Shown: in pieces, positions 25,660 through 32,000 of the stretch
Position numbering within the stretch: position 1 is the stretch's first letter
Layout: each line of letters starts with the position of its first letter
DNA from: a virus
Direction: 5' to 3' (one strand)
Length of the DNA stretch: 32,000 nt
IMG/VR virus record: IMGVR_UViG_3300014059_000004
Notes under the pieces: model-generated
Databases searched by the model: none
Told to the model about the DNA's origin: nothing
Seen by the model: only the letters and a program-made list of their open reading frames with translations
Position numbers and translations under genes: made by a program

Positions 25660-26440
25660 TATGCAAATAGGTTCGGAAATCATATATACATAATGACGCT
25701 TGATGATAAACGCTTTTATGGCTATAAACATTGGACACTTGAGAAAATTCCTCGTTGTTTTTATGTAGGTAAAGGATTGATTCGTCGACCATACGACGGT
25801 CGACGAAGTAAAAAGTGGCATGCAGTTGTTAAAGCTTTTGGATTGAGAGTCGAAATTTGCATCGGACCTGTAACTAATAAAGAAGCAATCGATTGGGAAA
25901 TACTAACAATCAAAACTACGGGAACCTATAGCAAAAATTACATTTACAGAGGGAATGATGTAAGTTGCAATTTTACCCAGGGTGGTGATGGTGCTTCTGG
26001 GCGACAACTTTCTAGTGACGCTCGTCTAAAAATTGGTGATGCTCAACGAGGAAAAGAAAAATCGAGTGAAACACGTTTGAAAATTAGTGAATCACTCAAA
26101 GGTAGAAAATTGTCACTAGAAGTTCGACAAAAAATGAGTCTTATTCGTAAAAATAAGCAATTGTCTAAGACACACAAAGAAAATTTGTGGATTAGAAGAT
26201 CTAGAACATTTTCTGAACAACATCGTAAAAAGCTTAGTGAAGCTGCTAAGAAAAGAAAAGTATCACAAGAAACTTGTGCGCGAAGGAGCCTTTCTCTTAA
26301 AGGAAAATTTCATCATTGTAGTTTGTGTGGGTTGATCGGTCATAATCGTTTGTCGTGTGATTTCAAAGTTGAATATGAAAAAATTTGAAGTTAAACAGGT
26401 AATAGTTGTAAGAAACGATCTTGGAATGAGAAAAGGCAAG
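25656..26440 (+). mobile_element. GIY-YIG homing-endonuclease cassette carrying a replacement 5' end for pth2
   Basis: AT-rich block bounded by the truncated pth2 remnant on the left and by the return to normal composition about 65 nt into the Pth2 ORF on the right; boundaries approximate. Confidence 0.45.
25693..26388 (+). CDS. GIY-YIG family homing endonuclease with NUMOD3 repeats and a C-terminal CCHC knuckle
   Basis: FYGYKH ... CFYVGKG ... R ... E ... N layout; five or six S.E.R.K(I/M)S..(K/R)G-type repeats (for example SSETRLKISESLKGRK); HHCSLCGLIGHNRLSC = CX2CX4HX4C. Confidence 0.7.
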   Translation: MTLDDKRFYGYKHWTLEKIPRCFYVGKGLIRRPYDGRRSKKWHAVVKAFGLRVEICIGPVTNKEAIDWEILTIKTTGTYSKNYIYRGNDVSCNFTQGGDGASGRQLSSDARLKIGDAQRGKEKSSETRLKISESLKGRKLSLEVRQKMSLIRKNKQLSKTHKENLWIRRSRTFSEQHRKKLSEAAKKRKVSQETCARRSLSLKGKFHHCSLCGLIGHNRLSCDFKVEYEKI

Positions 26441-26887
26441 ATAGCTGCGCAAGTTGCTCATGCATCGATGCAGTTCCTGCTCGATGCGAATCAGTCTGAT
26501 TCTTTCGGTGAGTTGCATGTGGTGCTGACGCCCGAAGAGATCGAATGGTTGAACGGATCATTCACCAAGATTGTCGTAGGTGTGGATTCAGAGAACGTTT
26601 TGAACGAGCTCGTCCTTCGAGCTAAGATGTCAGACATCACTGTCTTCCAGATCGTTGATTCTGGCAAGACTGAATTCAATGGAGTTCCAACGTTGACTTG
26701 CGCAGCATTTGGACCAAACGATGCTGCAGACATCGATAAGATCACTGGTCATCTAAAACTCATCTTACAACGGGCGCATAGCTTAGTGGCTAAAGCATTT
26801 GGTCTACACCCAAATTATCGGGGGTTCGAGTCCCTCTGCGCCTACAGTGGAAACATGCTCGAGAGGCTGAAGAGATCGGTTTGCTAA
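26375..26887 (+). CDS. pth2: peptidyl-tRNA hydrolase, Pth2 (archaeal/eukaryotic) type; ORF reads through tRNA-Val
   Basis: ATG 26375 inside ORF 26357..26887; VIVVRNDLGMRKGKIAAQVAHAS ... KIVVGV ... IVDSGKTEF ... PTLTCAAFGP ... ITGHLKLI; homology should end near 26765, but no stop occurs until 26885-26887. Confidence 0.75.
   Translation: MKKFEVKQVIVVRNDLGMRKGKIAAQVAHASMQFLLDANQSDSFGELHVVLTPEEIEWLNGSFTKIVVGVDSENVLNELVLRAKMSDITVFQIVDSGKTEFNGVPTLTCAAFGPNDAADIDKITGHLKLILQRAHSLVAKAFGLHPNYRGFESLCAYSGNMLERLKRSVC
26772..26844 (+). tRNA. tRNA-Val: tRNA-Val (TAC) with C33
   Basis: Acceptor GGGCGCA/TGCGCCT, D arm GCTT-AGTGGCTA-AAGC, arm TTTGG-TCTACAC-CCAAA, T arm GGGGG-TTCGAGT-CCCTC. Confidence 0.8.
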
Positions 26888-26938
26888 ACCGAAGGCCCCG
26901 AAAGGGGTCCATGGGTTCGAATCCCATTGTTTCCTCCA
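26849..26938 (+). tRNA. tRNA-Ser: tRNA-Ser (GCT), long variable arm, CCA encoded
   Basis: Acceptor GGAAACA/TGTTTCC, D arm CTC-GAGAGGCTGAA-GAG, arm TCGGT-TTGCTAA-ACCGA, variable AGGCCCCGAAAGGGGTCC, T arm ATGGG-TTCGAAT-CCCAT, T-CCA. Confidence 0.9.
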
Positions 26939-26939
26939 A

Positions 26940-27203
26940 ATGATTGTTCCTTGCCCGAATTGCAAACGTCAAGTAACGTTGAACAGCGAACCATCTCGAG
27001 GACCCATCATTGATGGTTCAGAGTGCTGGTTGTGCTTGAAGTGCCCGGCGACGGTGTGCGTCATGTGTTACCTTGACCACACTTCAGAGAAGCATAGGGA
27101 TTGGATGGAAGGCAAAGAGAAGAAAAAGAAGAAATTAGGAAGGTTTCGCACATTGGCAAGTCAGACAGCTTCGAACTCTGTCGAACATAGTATTATGTTC
27201 TGA
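26940..27203 (+). CDS. zinc-ribbon protein; ORF runs into tRNA-Ser(CGA)
   Basis: ATG 2 nt after the CCA of the preceding tRNA; CPNC ... CWLC ... C..C.MC Cys pairs, Lys-rich tail; no stop before the tRNA at 27138. Confidence 0.5.
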   Translation: MIVPCPNCKRQVTLNSEPSRGPIIDGSECWLCLKCPATVCVMCYLDHTSEKHRDWMEGKEKKKKKLGRFRTLASQTASNSVEHSIMF

Positions 27204-27226
27204 GCGTTCAACTCGCTCACCTTCCT
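27138..27226 (+). tRNA. tRNA-Ser: tRNA-Ser (CGA), long variable arm, weak D stem
   Basis: Acceptor GGAAGGT/ACCTTCC, arm ACAGC-TTCGAAC-TCTGT (31:39 C:T), 7-bp variable hairpin GAACATA-GTAT-TATGTTC, T arm GAGCG-TTCAACT-CGCTC. Confidence 0.6.
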
Positions 27227-27245
27227 CTAACGCCGTAATTACTAC

Positions 27246-27500
27246 ATGTGCTACACTTGCATGCTCAACAATCCGCTTGCGGTCTCTGATGATTCAACTT
27301 CACCGAGGCGCAAGCGTCAACGATTGCTAGAGATCAAGCAGATCTTCCTCACGATGGAAGGCGCCACACCATGTGCGTACGGGGCAGAAGCGCTAGCAGC
27401 TCTTAAGGATGAACAATACAGGCTTTCTAGAGAACTATTACACGGTAAGATGGCCGAGTGGACGAAGGCAGCTGCTTGGAAAGCAGTCGGGGTGGGTTAA
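27246..27500 (+). CDS. hypothetical protein; ORF runs into tRNA-Ser(GGA)
   Basis: 84-aa ORF, ATG 27246; codons from 27444 onward are tRNA sequence. Confidence 0.4.
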   Translation: MCYTCMLNNPLAVSDDSTSPRRKRQRLLEIKQIFLTMEGATPCAYGAEALAALKDEQYRLSRELLHGKMAEWTKAAAWKAVGVG

Positions 27501-27538
27501 ACCTGCCCCCAGAGGTTCGAATCCTCTTCTTACCGCCA
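27444..27538 (+). tRNA. tRNA-Ser: tRNA-Ser (GGA), long variable arm, CCA encoded
   Basis: Acceptor GGTAAGA/TCTTACC, D arm GCC-GAGTGGACGAA-GGC, arm GCTGC-TTGGAAA-GCAGT, 23-nt variable arm, T arm AGAGG-TTCGAAT-CCTCT, G-CCA. Confidence 0.9.
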
Positions 27539-27547
27539 GGAGATTAC

Positions 27548-27937
27548 ATGCCAACGAAAAAGATCAAAGACGTCGATCCGAAATACCTTGATAAGGTGTG
27601 CTACGATCCCGGACACAACGTACCAGGCATGCAGGTTTTTGAACCAGGAACGTACGAGCATACGTGTCCATCGTGTGGAAACAAGATTGTATTTACAGTG
27701 TCCAGACCATTTTGGTTAGGCACAATGCGGGTAAAGCCTATTGGTAGGGCAGCAGTTTTCCAAACTGTCGCGAAAGCATTGAGAGTTCGATTCTCTCTAT
27801 CCGCTCAGGTGAAACGTAGATTATGTCAGCAGAAAAAAAGAAGATCAGAGCGGCATTTCGTGATGCCGTTTTTGCTCGTGATGGCAGGAGATGCAAGAAG
27901 TGTTCAGCTACGGTCGCTGATTACTTGCGCTTCCTAG
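27548..27937 (+). CDS. small zinc-ribbon-like protein; ORF runs through tRNA-Gly (true end uncertain)
   Basis: ATG 27548 after AGGAG inside ORF 27458..27937; C..PGH ... CPSCG; from 27727 the frame reads tRNA sequence and then overlaps the next HNH gene. Confidence 0.4.
   Translation: MPTKKIKDVDPKYLDKVCYDPGHNVPGMQVFEPGTYEHTCPSCGNKIVFTVSRPFWLGTMRVKPIGRAAVFQTVAKALRVRFSLSAQVKRRLCQQKKRRSERHFVMPFLLVMAGDARSVQLRSLITCAS
27727..27805 (+). tRNA. tRNA-Gly: tRNA-Gly (TCC) with a 12-nt variable region
   Basis: Acceptor GCGGGTA/TATCCGC, D arm GCC-TATTGGTAG-GGC, arm GCAGT-TTTCCAA-ACTGT, variable CGCGAAAGCATT, T arm GAGAG-TTCGATT-CTCTC. Confidence 0.75.
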
Positions 27938-28143
27938 ATGCTCACCACATCACTGATAGAAACTTGATGCCCAACGGTGGTTACGTTGCGACGAATGGCA
28001 TCACGTTGTGTCCAAAGTGTCATGAAGCCGCAGAGCTATTTCACAGCACTGGTGTGGCTGCAGATGGCTTTTCTCCAGACGATCTGTACAAATTGATCGG
28101 ATCTAGCTATGATCTTGCCGTGAAGGACTCTAACAAGCTATAA
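27823..28143 (+). CDS. HNH endonuclease
   Basis: AGGTGA SD; CKKC ... LDAHHITDRNLMPNGGYVATNGITLCPKCH. Confidence 0.75.
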   Translation: MSAEKKKIRAAFRDAVFARDGRRCKKCSATVADYLRFLDAHHITDRNLMPNGGYVATNGITLCPKCHEAAELFHSTGVAADGFSPDDLYKLIGSSYDLAVKDSNKL

Positions 28144-28144
28144 C

Positions 28145-28474
28145 ATGTCAACCGAAGATACTATCGCTAAGCTAGTGAAGATTGCTGTGAAGCACGATAC
28201 GCTTCTTAACGCTCTAGCCAAAGGCATCGCAGATCTAGTTGAAGCAGTGTGGCCAACGATCGCAAAGTGCGAAGTTGATTCTTGCGTTGAAGCTCAAACT
28301 GTGAAGCTGCACGGCAAGAAGATCTGCGATCGACATTGCGCAGAGATGATCAACGATCTTAGCATCGATGATTCAGAATGGGAACCGTTGAGCAATGCTG
28401 AAAGCGTACGGCGCGTTTCTGATTACAGGAAGATAATCTTTGGTGAGGAAGAAAGCAAGGTACGTCACTTATGA
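28145..28474 (+). CDS. hypothetical protein
   Basis: 109-aa ORF starting 1 nt after the upstream stop. Confidence 0.5.
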   Translation: MSTEDTIAKLVKIAVKHDTLLNALAKGIADLVEAVWPTIAKCEVDSCVEAQTVKLHGKKICDRHCAEMINDLSIDDSEWEPLSNAESVRRVSDYRKIIFGEEESKVRHL

Positions 28475-28902
28475 AAAGAATCAGGATTGAGACAAAGGTT
28501 GAGCACACGATCTCCATCGCTCTCTTTGAGACTGCTGAGTCGCTCTACTACTACCTCACTGAAGATGAATCTCAACCAGCGGGACAAGCATCTCTTGGTA
28601 TGGCCTTCGTTGAAGTAAGGCCAGGTCAGTCAATTGAAGTAGAGTGGTCTGGTTGTGAGTTCACTTCTCTCCCGGTTCTCAACAAAAAAGACGTACGTCT
28701 AGATTATGTCAAGTTCGTAAAGTACACAATCGATAAGAATGGTGATCCTGAACCAGCAACCTTCGGCGAAGGTTGGACTACAGAAAATTTCTTGTCGTTC
28801 AGAGACCTTGAAGATGATTCTAAGAGGGTCACTAGACTAAACTCTCAGTCGGAGTGCATGATCGATTTTTCTACGTACACTTTCCCATCAGAAAATGAGT
28901 AA
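28471..28902 (+). CDS. hypothetical protein
   Basis: 143-aa ORF, ATGA overlap with the upstream gene. Confidence 0.5.
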   Translation: MKRIRIETKVEHTISIALFETAESLYYYLTEDESQPAGQASLGMAFVEVRPGQSIEVEWSGCEFTSLPVLNKKDVRLDYVKFVKYTIDKNGDPEPATFGEGWTTENFLSFRDLEDDSKRVTRLNSQSECMIDFSTYTFPSENE

Positions 28903-29236
28903 TCATTACGGAAAAACAGGAGATCTAGTGAAGATCTCTAGCAAATATTTTCAAACAGTTTCGAAAGCACGTCCGATGCTTAAAGCTGTCAGTGATCATC
29001 GGTGGTACCAATCATTTTCGCTAGATTCAAGATCATTGTACATGCTCATTTCTGAGCATCCGGTGGGTTCATCTGAAGCTATCACATTTTCTCACTTGAT
29101 TTACAATCCATCTGATTTTGAGAATGGCCCGCCAGCAGAGAAATCATTCTACGATAGCTTCTGTTGGTACTACGTCATGAATACTGTGACGTCTGAATTG
29201 TACGCCGTCAATGGTTTCATGATAGAAGCCGTATAA
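28895..29236 (+). CDS. hypothetical protein
   Basis: 113-aa ORF, 8-nt overlap with the upstream gene. Confidence 0.5.
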   Translation: MSNHYGKTGDLVKISSKYFQTVSKARPMLKAVSDHRWYQSFSLDSRSLYMLISEHPVGSSEAITFSHLIYNPSDFENGPPAEKSFYDSFCWYYVMNTVTSELYAVNGFMIEAV

Positions 29237-29257
29237 AGTGAAAACTTAGCTCACGCC

Positions 29258-29266
29258 ATGGTATGA
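29258..29266 (+). promoter_or_regulatory. extended -10-like box TGGTATGAT, 7 nt upstream of ATG 29274
   Basis: No SD in the gap (TTGTTC). Confidence 0.4.
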
Positions 29267-29273
29267 TTTGTTC

Positions 29274-30506
29274 ATGGCACGTCCTCTTGTCGTAGAATTT
29301 TTGAAGAACCACTCGCTCCAGGAGCTGGAGCGAATGCACGGTGTTTGTGCACGAGCAAGCGCGGATGGTTCAAAGTATGGTCTCAACTATGACATGCTTT
29401 TGTCAAAGCCTGGTGATCAGCTCGCGGGCGAGTGTCGCGGGATGGTTATCCGACCGCTTGTTCGAATTTCTGCCGGCAGCGAAGCACCAGTTGGTGACGT
29501 AGAGGTCGTTGCGTGGCCAATGAGCAGGTTTTACAATCACGGTGATCCTAACGCTGCGACCGTTGATTGGTCTGACCCAAACCTTGACGTCTTCGAGAAG
29601 CTTGATGGCACGATGATAGTCATGTATTGGGATGCTGTTGCGCAAGTTTGGCATGCCGGAACTCGAAGTGTTCCAGAAGCTGACCTGCCGATCTGCAAAG
29701 AACACGTAGAGATCGGGAACAAGACGTTTTCCCAGCTGTTTTGGGATGCTATGAGGAGCATGTTCGAAGCCAATCGCTTCCTCGAAGCATCGAACTTCGA
29801 GGAATGGGTGAACTCTTCCTTCAACAAGGAAGTTACGTACGTCTTCGAGCTCACGAGCCCATACAACCGCGTCGTTGTCAAGTACGAAGATACGAAGGCA
29901 ACGCTTCTCGCGGCACGTCACACGGCATCCGGTGAAGAGATGCGGGTTCATGTTAGTTCCATCGGATTGCCTATCATTCCTCGAGCAAAGACGTGGAAGA
30001 TAAGCTCAGCTTCTGCACTCGAAGCGTTCGTCAACGCTGCAGATCCTACGACGATGGAAGGTGCAGTCGTTCTCGACAGCAAGTTCAATCGCTTGAAGAT
30101 GAAGAACATGGCGTGGGTGCTGTCATCTCGCGCTAAGGACCTCGTGACTGTCTCTAGGCGATCAGCATTGCTGGCAATCATCAAGGGAACGATCGACGAT
30201 ATCATCCCTCTTGTGTCAGAGGATATCAGCAAGGAACTCATGAAGATGCAAGAGCAGCTTGTTACGTTGTGTGCCAACATGGACGCAAAGTTTCAACAGT
30301 TCTTCATCGAAGCTGACAGTAATCGTCGACGTTTTGCAGAGCTAGTCCTTACGCAGGACGACTGCATCCCTGCACCGTTCTTCTCGATGTGGGAAGGTCG
30401 CGTTCCTTCGACGCTTGGTTGGTTCCGAAGCGTAGCGGAAGCAGGTAAGTTGTCCTCGCAGATGCTCGATAATACACTTAACCACATGGGGAAAACCACC
30501 TCTTAA
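29274..30506 (+). CDS. ATP-dependent RNA-ligase-like nucleotidyltransferase (KxDG)
   Basis: ATG 29274 in ORF 29268..30506; motif I FEKLDGTM, YVFELTSP (motif IIIa-like), EGAVVLD (IV), LKMKN (V); no recognisable DNA-ligase OB domain; a separate DNA ligase is at 12187. Confidence 0.55.
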   Translation: MARPLVVEFLKNHSLQELERMHGVCARASADGSKYGLNYDMLLSKPGDQLAGECRGMVIRPLVRISAGSEAPVGDVEVVAWPMSRFYNHGDPNAATVDWSDPNLDVFEKLDGTMIVMYWDAVAQVWHAGTRSVPEADLPICKEHVEIGNKTFSQLFWDAMRSMFEANRFLEASNFEEWVNSSFNKEVTYVFELTSPYNRVVVKYEDTKATLLAARHTASGEEMRVHVSSIGLPIIPRAKTWKISSASALEAFVNAADPTTMEGAVVLDSKFNRLKMKNMAWVLSSRAKDLVTVSRRSALLAIIKGTIDDIIPLVSEDISKELMKMQEQLVTLCANMDAKFQQFFIEADSNRRRFAELVLTQDDCIPAPFFSMWEGRVPSTLGWFRSVAEAGKLSSQMLDNTLNHMGKTTS

Positions 30507-30576
30507 TTTCAAAGAATAAACCGTGAGGCTCGAGTGATCACCACATTGGTCTCACGGGTCACTTGAAGGCGGCCAG

Positions 30577-30597
30577 CTCCTATACCTATGATAGGAG
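30577..30597 (+). promoter_or_regulatory. hairpin sequestering the Shine-Dalgarno of the next gene
   Basis: CTCCTAT-ACCTATG-ATAGGAG; the 3' strand contains AGGAG, 8 nt upstream of ATG 30605. Confidence 0.35.
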
Positions 30598-30604
30598 CAA
30601 CAGC

Positions 30605-30790
30605 ATGATCGTTATTGATGTATTCGGTGATGATGACGACCAGAACGTACTTGACGAACGCGCTAAGAAGCTCAAAGATGAGCAGGATAAGATGGAACGC
30701 ATGAAGCGATTCTACGAAGAAGAGCTACGTCGCGCTCCTCAGCCGCAGCTTCAGATCATCGAAGGTTCTGGACTATCTTTAGATTCTTGA
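30605..30790 (+). CDS. small acidic/coiled-coil hypothetical protein
   Basis: ATG 30605 after AGGAG, inside ORF 30563..30790. Confidence 0.45.
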   Translation: MIVIDVFGDDDDQNVLDERAKKLKDEQDKMERMKRFYEEELRRAPQPQLQIIEGSGLSLDS

Positions 30791-32000
30791 TGATCGCTGA
30801 TTGACCACTAGTTGCGATATCATAAAACACTAGAAACAGTTTCAAATATCGCATTGAATGTACGTTGATAGGATTGGCAGTCGTTGAAAAATTTGGACTG
30901 ACAGGTGCCCATGCACCTCTGAGTCTAAGCGCTGATCGATCAGGCCACGTGTTATTAGTCCAATTTCCCGTGTAAAAAGTTGCACTTTGCTGCGAGCTTA
31001 TGTGCATGTACATCACATCATCTGGTTTTGCTTCGACCCAGTACGTTGCATTAGGTGGCACCTTGTTGATATGACCCAATATACATCGAAAGAAAGATCC
31101 AGTAGCGCCAGTCGTGTATACATTGTCATACTCTTTGTACGTAGTGGCGGCTGACCACAATACAGAGCCGCCAGTAACTATCGAGTTACCGCCAGACCAC
31201 ATCGCAGTGTTGTTGCTTCTGTCGCCTTCAAACAGCATGAAATTGCCAGCATTATCTCTCTTGAGTCTATAACCTATGCCATAGACGCCGCCCGTTTGTG
31301 GATCTAGAACGCCAGACAAACTAGTCAAAATTGTAGCAATTGCTATTTGCCCGGCGCCAAAAGATGTTCTGTTGTCATTAAGCGTGTATCTAGTCCAAAT
31401 TTCTAGAGCGCCGCTGTTAAAGCTCCAAGACGAACTTGAGACTATGTCGGAAAAAAGATATTCCAATATGGGACCGGTGTTACCAGAAGTTCCTGTAGTA
31501 CCAACGTTCGAACTAGAAAAAAACAAGCCGTTTGAGTTCAAATCAAACGATATCATACCAGTAGATGTACCTCCAACAATTGCTGGTACTCCACAAACGG
31601 TTACAGCTGTTCTGGCGTTGCTTGCTTGCTTCAAATTTTGGGACGATAGCGAGCCAGTGTATGCATAATCTACTTCATAGAGAATCAACTCACCAGGTCC
31701 TGCAGGTCCGGTAGCGCCAGCGGCACCGTTGGTGCCATTCGTACCATTTGTGCCCGTAGCTCCTGTGGCTCCTGTGGCTCCTGTTCCACCAGTCGCTCCT
31801 GTGGCTCCCGTAGCGCCAGTCGGACCCGTAGCGCCAGTCGGACCTGTTGGACCAGTCGTTCCAGACCCACCACCAGACAAAACAAACCATCGATCACCAC
31901 CCCAATACGCTGACAAAGAATCGTACGCAGTTGATATTGTTTTATACGAACTGCTGTTGATGTACGAGCTAGTCAAATTGGGGTATACGTCAATCGGGTA
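30756..32000 (-). CDS. collagen-like (Gly-X-Y) tail fibre protein, 5' end outside the window
   Basis: - strand frame is open to the window edge (the track start at 31976 is a TTG); about 20 G-X-Y triplets (GPTGATG...), then a beta-rich C-terminal domain; converges on and overlaps the 30605..30790 gene by 35 nt. Confidence 0.75.
   Translation of the reverse strand, partial: YPIDVYPNLTSSYINSSSYKTISTAYDSLSAYWGGDRWFVLSGGGSGTTGPTGPTGATGPTGATGATGATGGTGATGATGATGTNGTNGTNGAAGATGPAGPGELILYEVDYAYTGSLSSQNLKQASNARTAVTVCGVPAIVGGTSTGMISFDLNSNGLFFSSSNVGTTGTSGNTGPILEYLFSDIVSSSSWSFNSGALEIWTRYTLNDNRTSFGAGQIAIATILTSLSGVLDPQTGGVYGIGYRLKRDNAGNFMLFEGDRSNNTAMWSGGNSIVTGGSVLWSAATTYKEYDNVYTTGATGSFFRCILGHINKVPPNATYWVEAKPDDVMYMHISSQQSATFYTGNWTNNTWPDRSALRLRGAWAPVSPNFSTTANPINVHSMRYLKLFLVFYDIATSGQSAIIKNLKIVQNLR
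31692..31871 (-). repeat. 9-nt periodic DNA repeat encoding the Gly-X-Y tract
   Basis: Repeated GGTGCTACGGG/GGTCCGACTGG-type units on the coding strand (read as ...cccgtagcgccagtcggaccc... on +). Confidence 0.8.

Noticed and set aside
31692-31871. Short periodic repeats that might suggest a CRISPR array or VNTR
   Set aside because: The period is 9 nt, there are no spacers, and the repeats are in frame inside a long ORF. They encode Gly-X-Y collagen-like triplets.
1-32000. Stop-codon reassignment with suppressor tRNAs (common in tRNA-rich huge phages)
   Set aside because: TAA, TAG and TGA all terminate well-supported genes here (for example 660, 3791, 1060). No tRNA has a CTA, TCA or TTA anticodon in a canonical loop.

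Overview
This window reads as a segment of a large tailed-bacteriophage genome. It has about 60 short, tightly packed or overlapping + strand genes. Only two homing-endonuclease genes and a collagen-like fibre gene are on the - strand. There is no rRNA and no CRISPR. Recognisable products: a sigma-70 family factor that stops before the region 4.2 recognition helix; an ATP-dependent DNA ligase; a second KxDG nucleotidyltransferase (RNA-ligase-like); a VWA/HExxH protein; a Pth2-type peptidyl-tRNA hydrolase; a NADAR (YbiA-like) protein; a cREC receiver-like protein; a secreted glucosaminidase-like wall hydrolase; two tandem R-S-ExE ART-like paralogs; an H-type ART-fold (Tpt1/DarT-like) protein; and a Gly-X-Y fibre. 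Five tRNA islands (4.6-7.0, 18.6-19.6, 20.6-21.5, 22.2-23.5 and 25.1-27.8 kb) hold about 37 hand-folded canonical tRNAs. They also hold about a dozen aberrant tRNA genes (hairpin insertions of 19-48 nt, non-U33 or 6-nt anticodon loops) and several tRNA fragments. Seven free-standing homing-endonuclease genes (HNH, PD-(D/E)xK-like, GIY-YIG) are interleaved with them. Recurrent YGGTATAMT extended -10-like boxes sit 6-10 nt upstream of SD-less start codons. All folds, motifs and family names were made by eye from the sequence and from memory. No tRNAscan, BLAST or HMM search was possible, so tRNA ends may be off by 1-2 nt and functional names are provisional.
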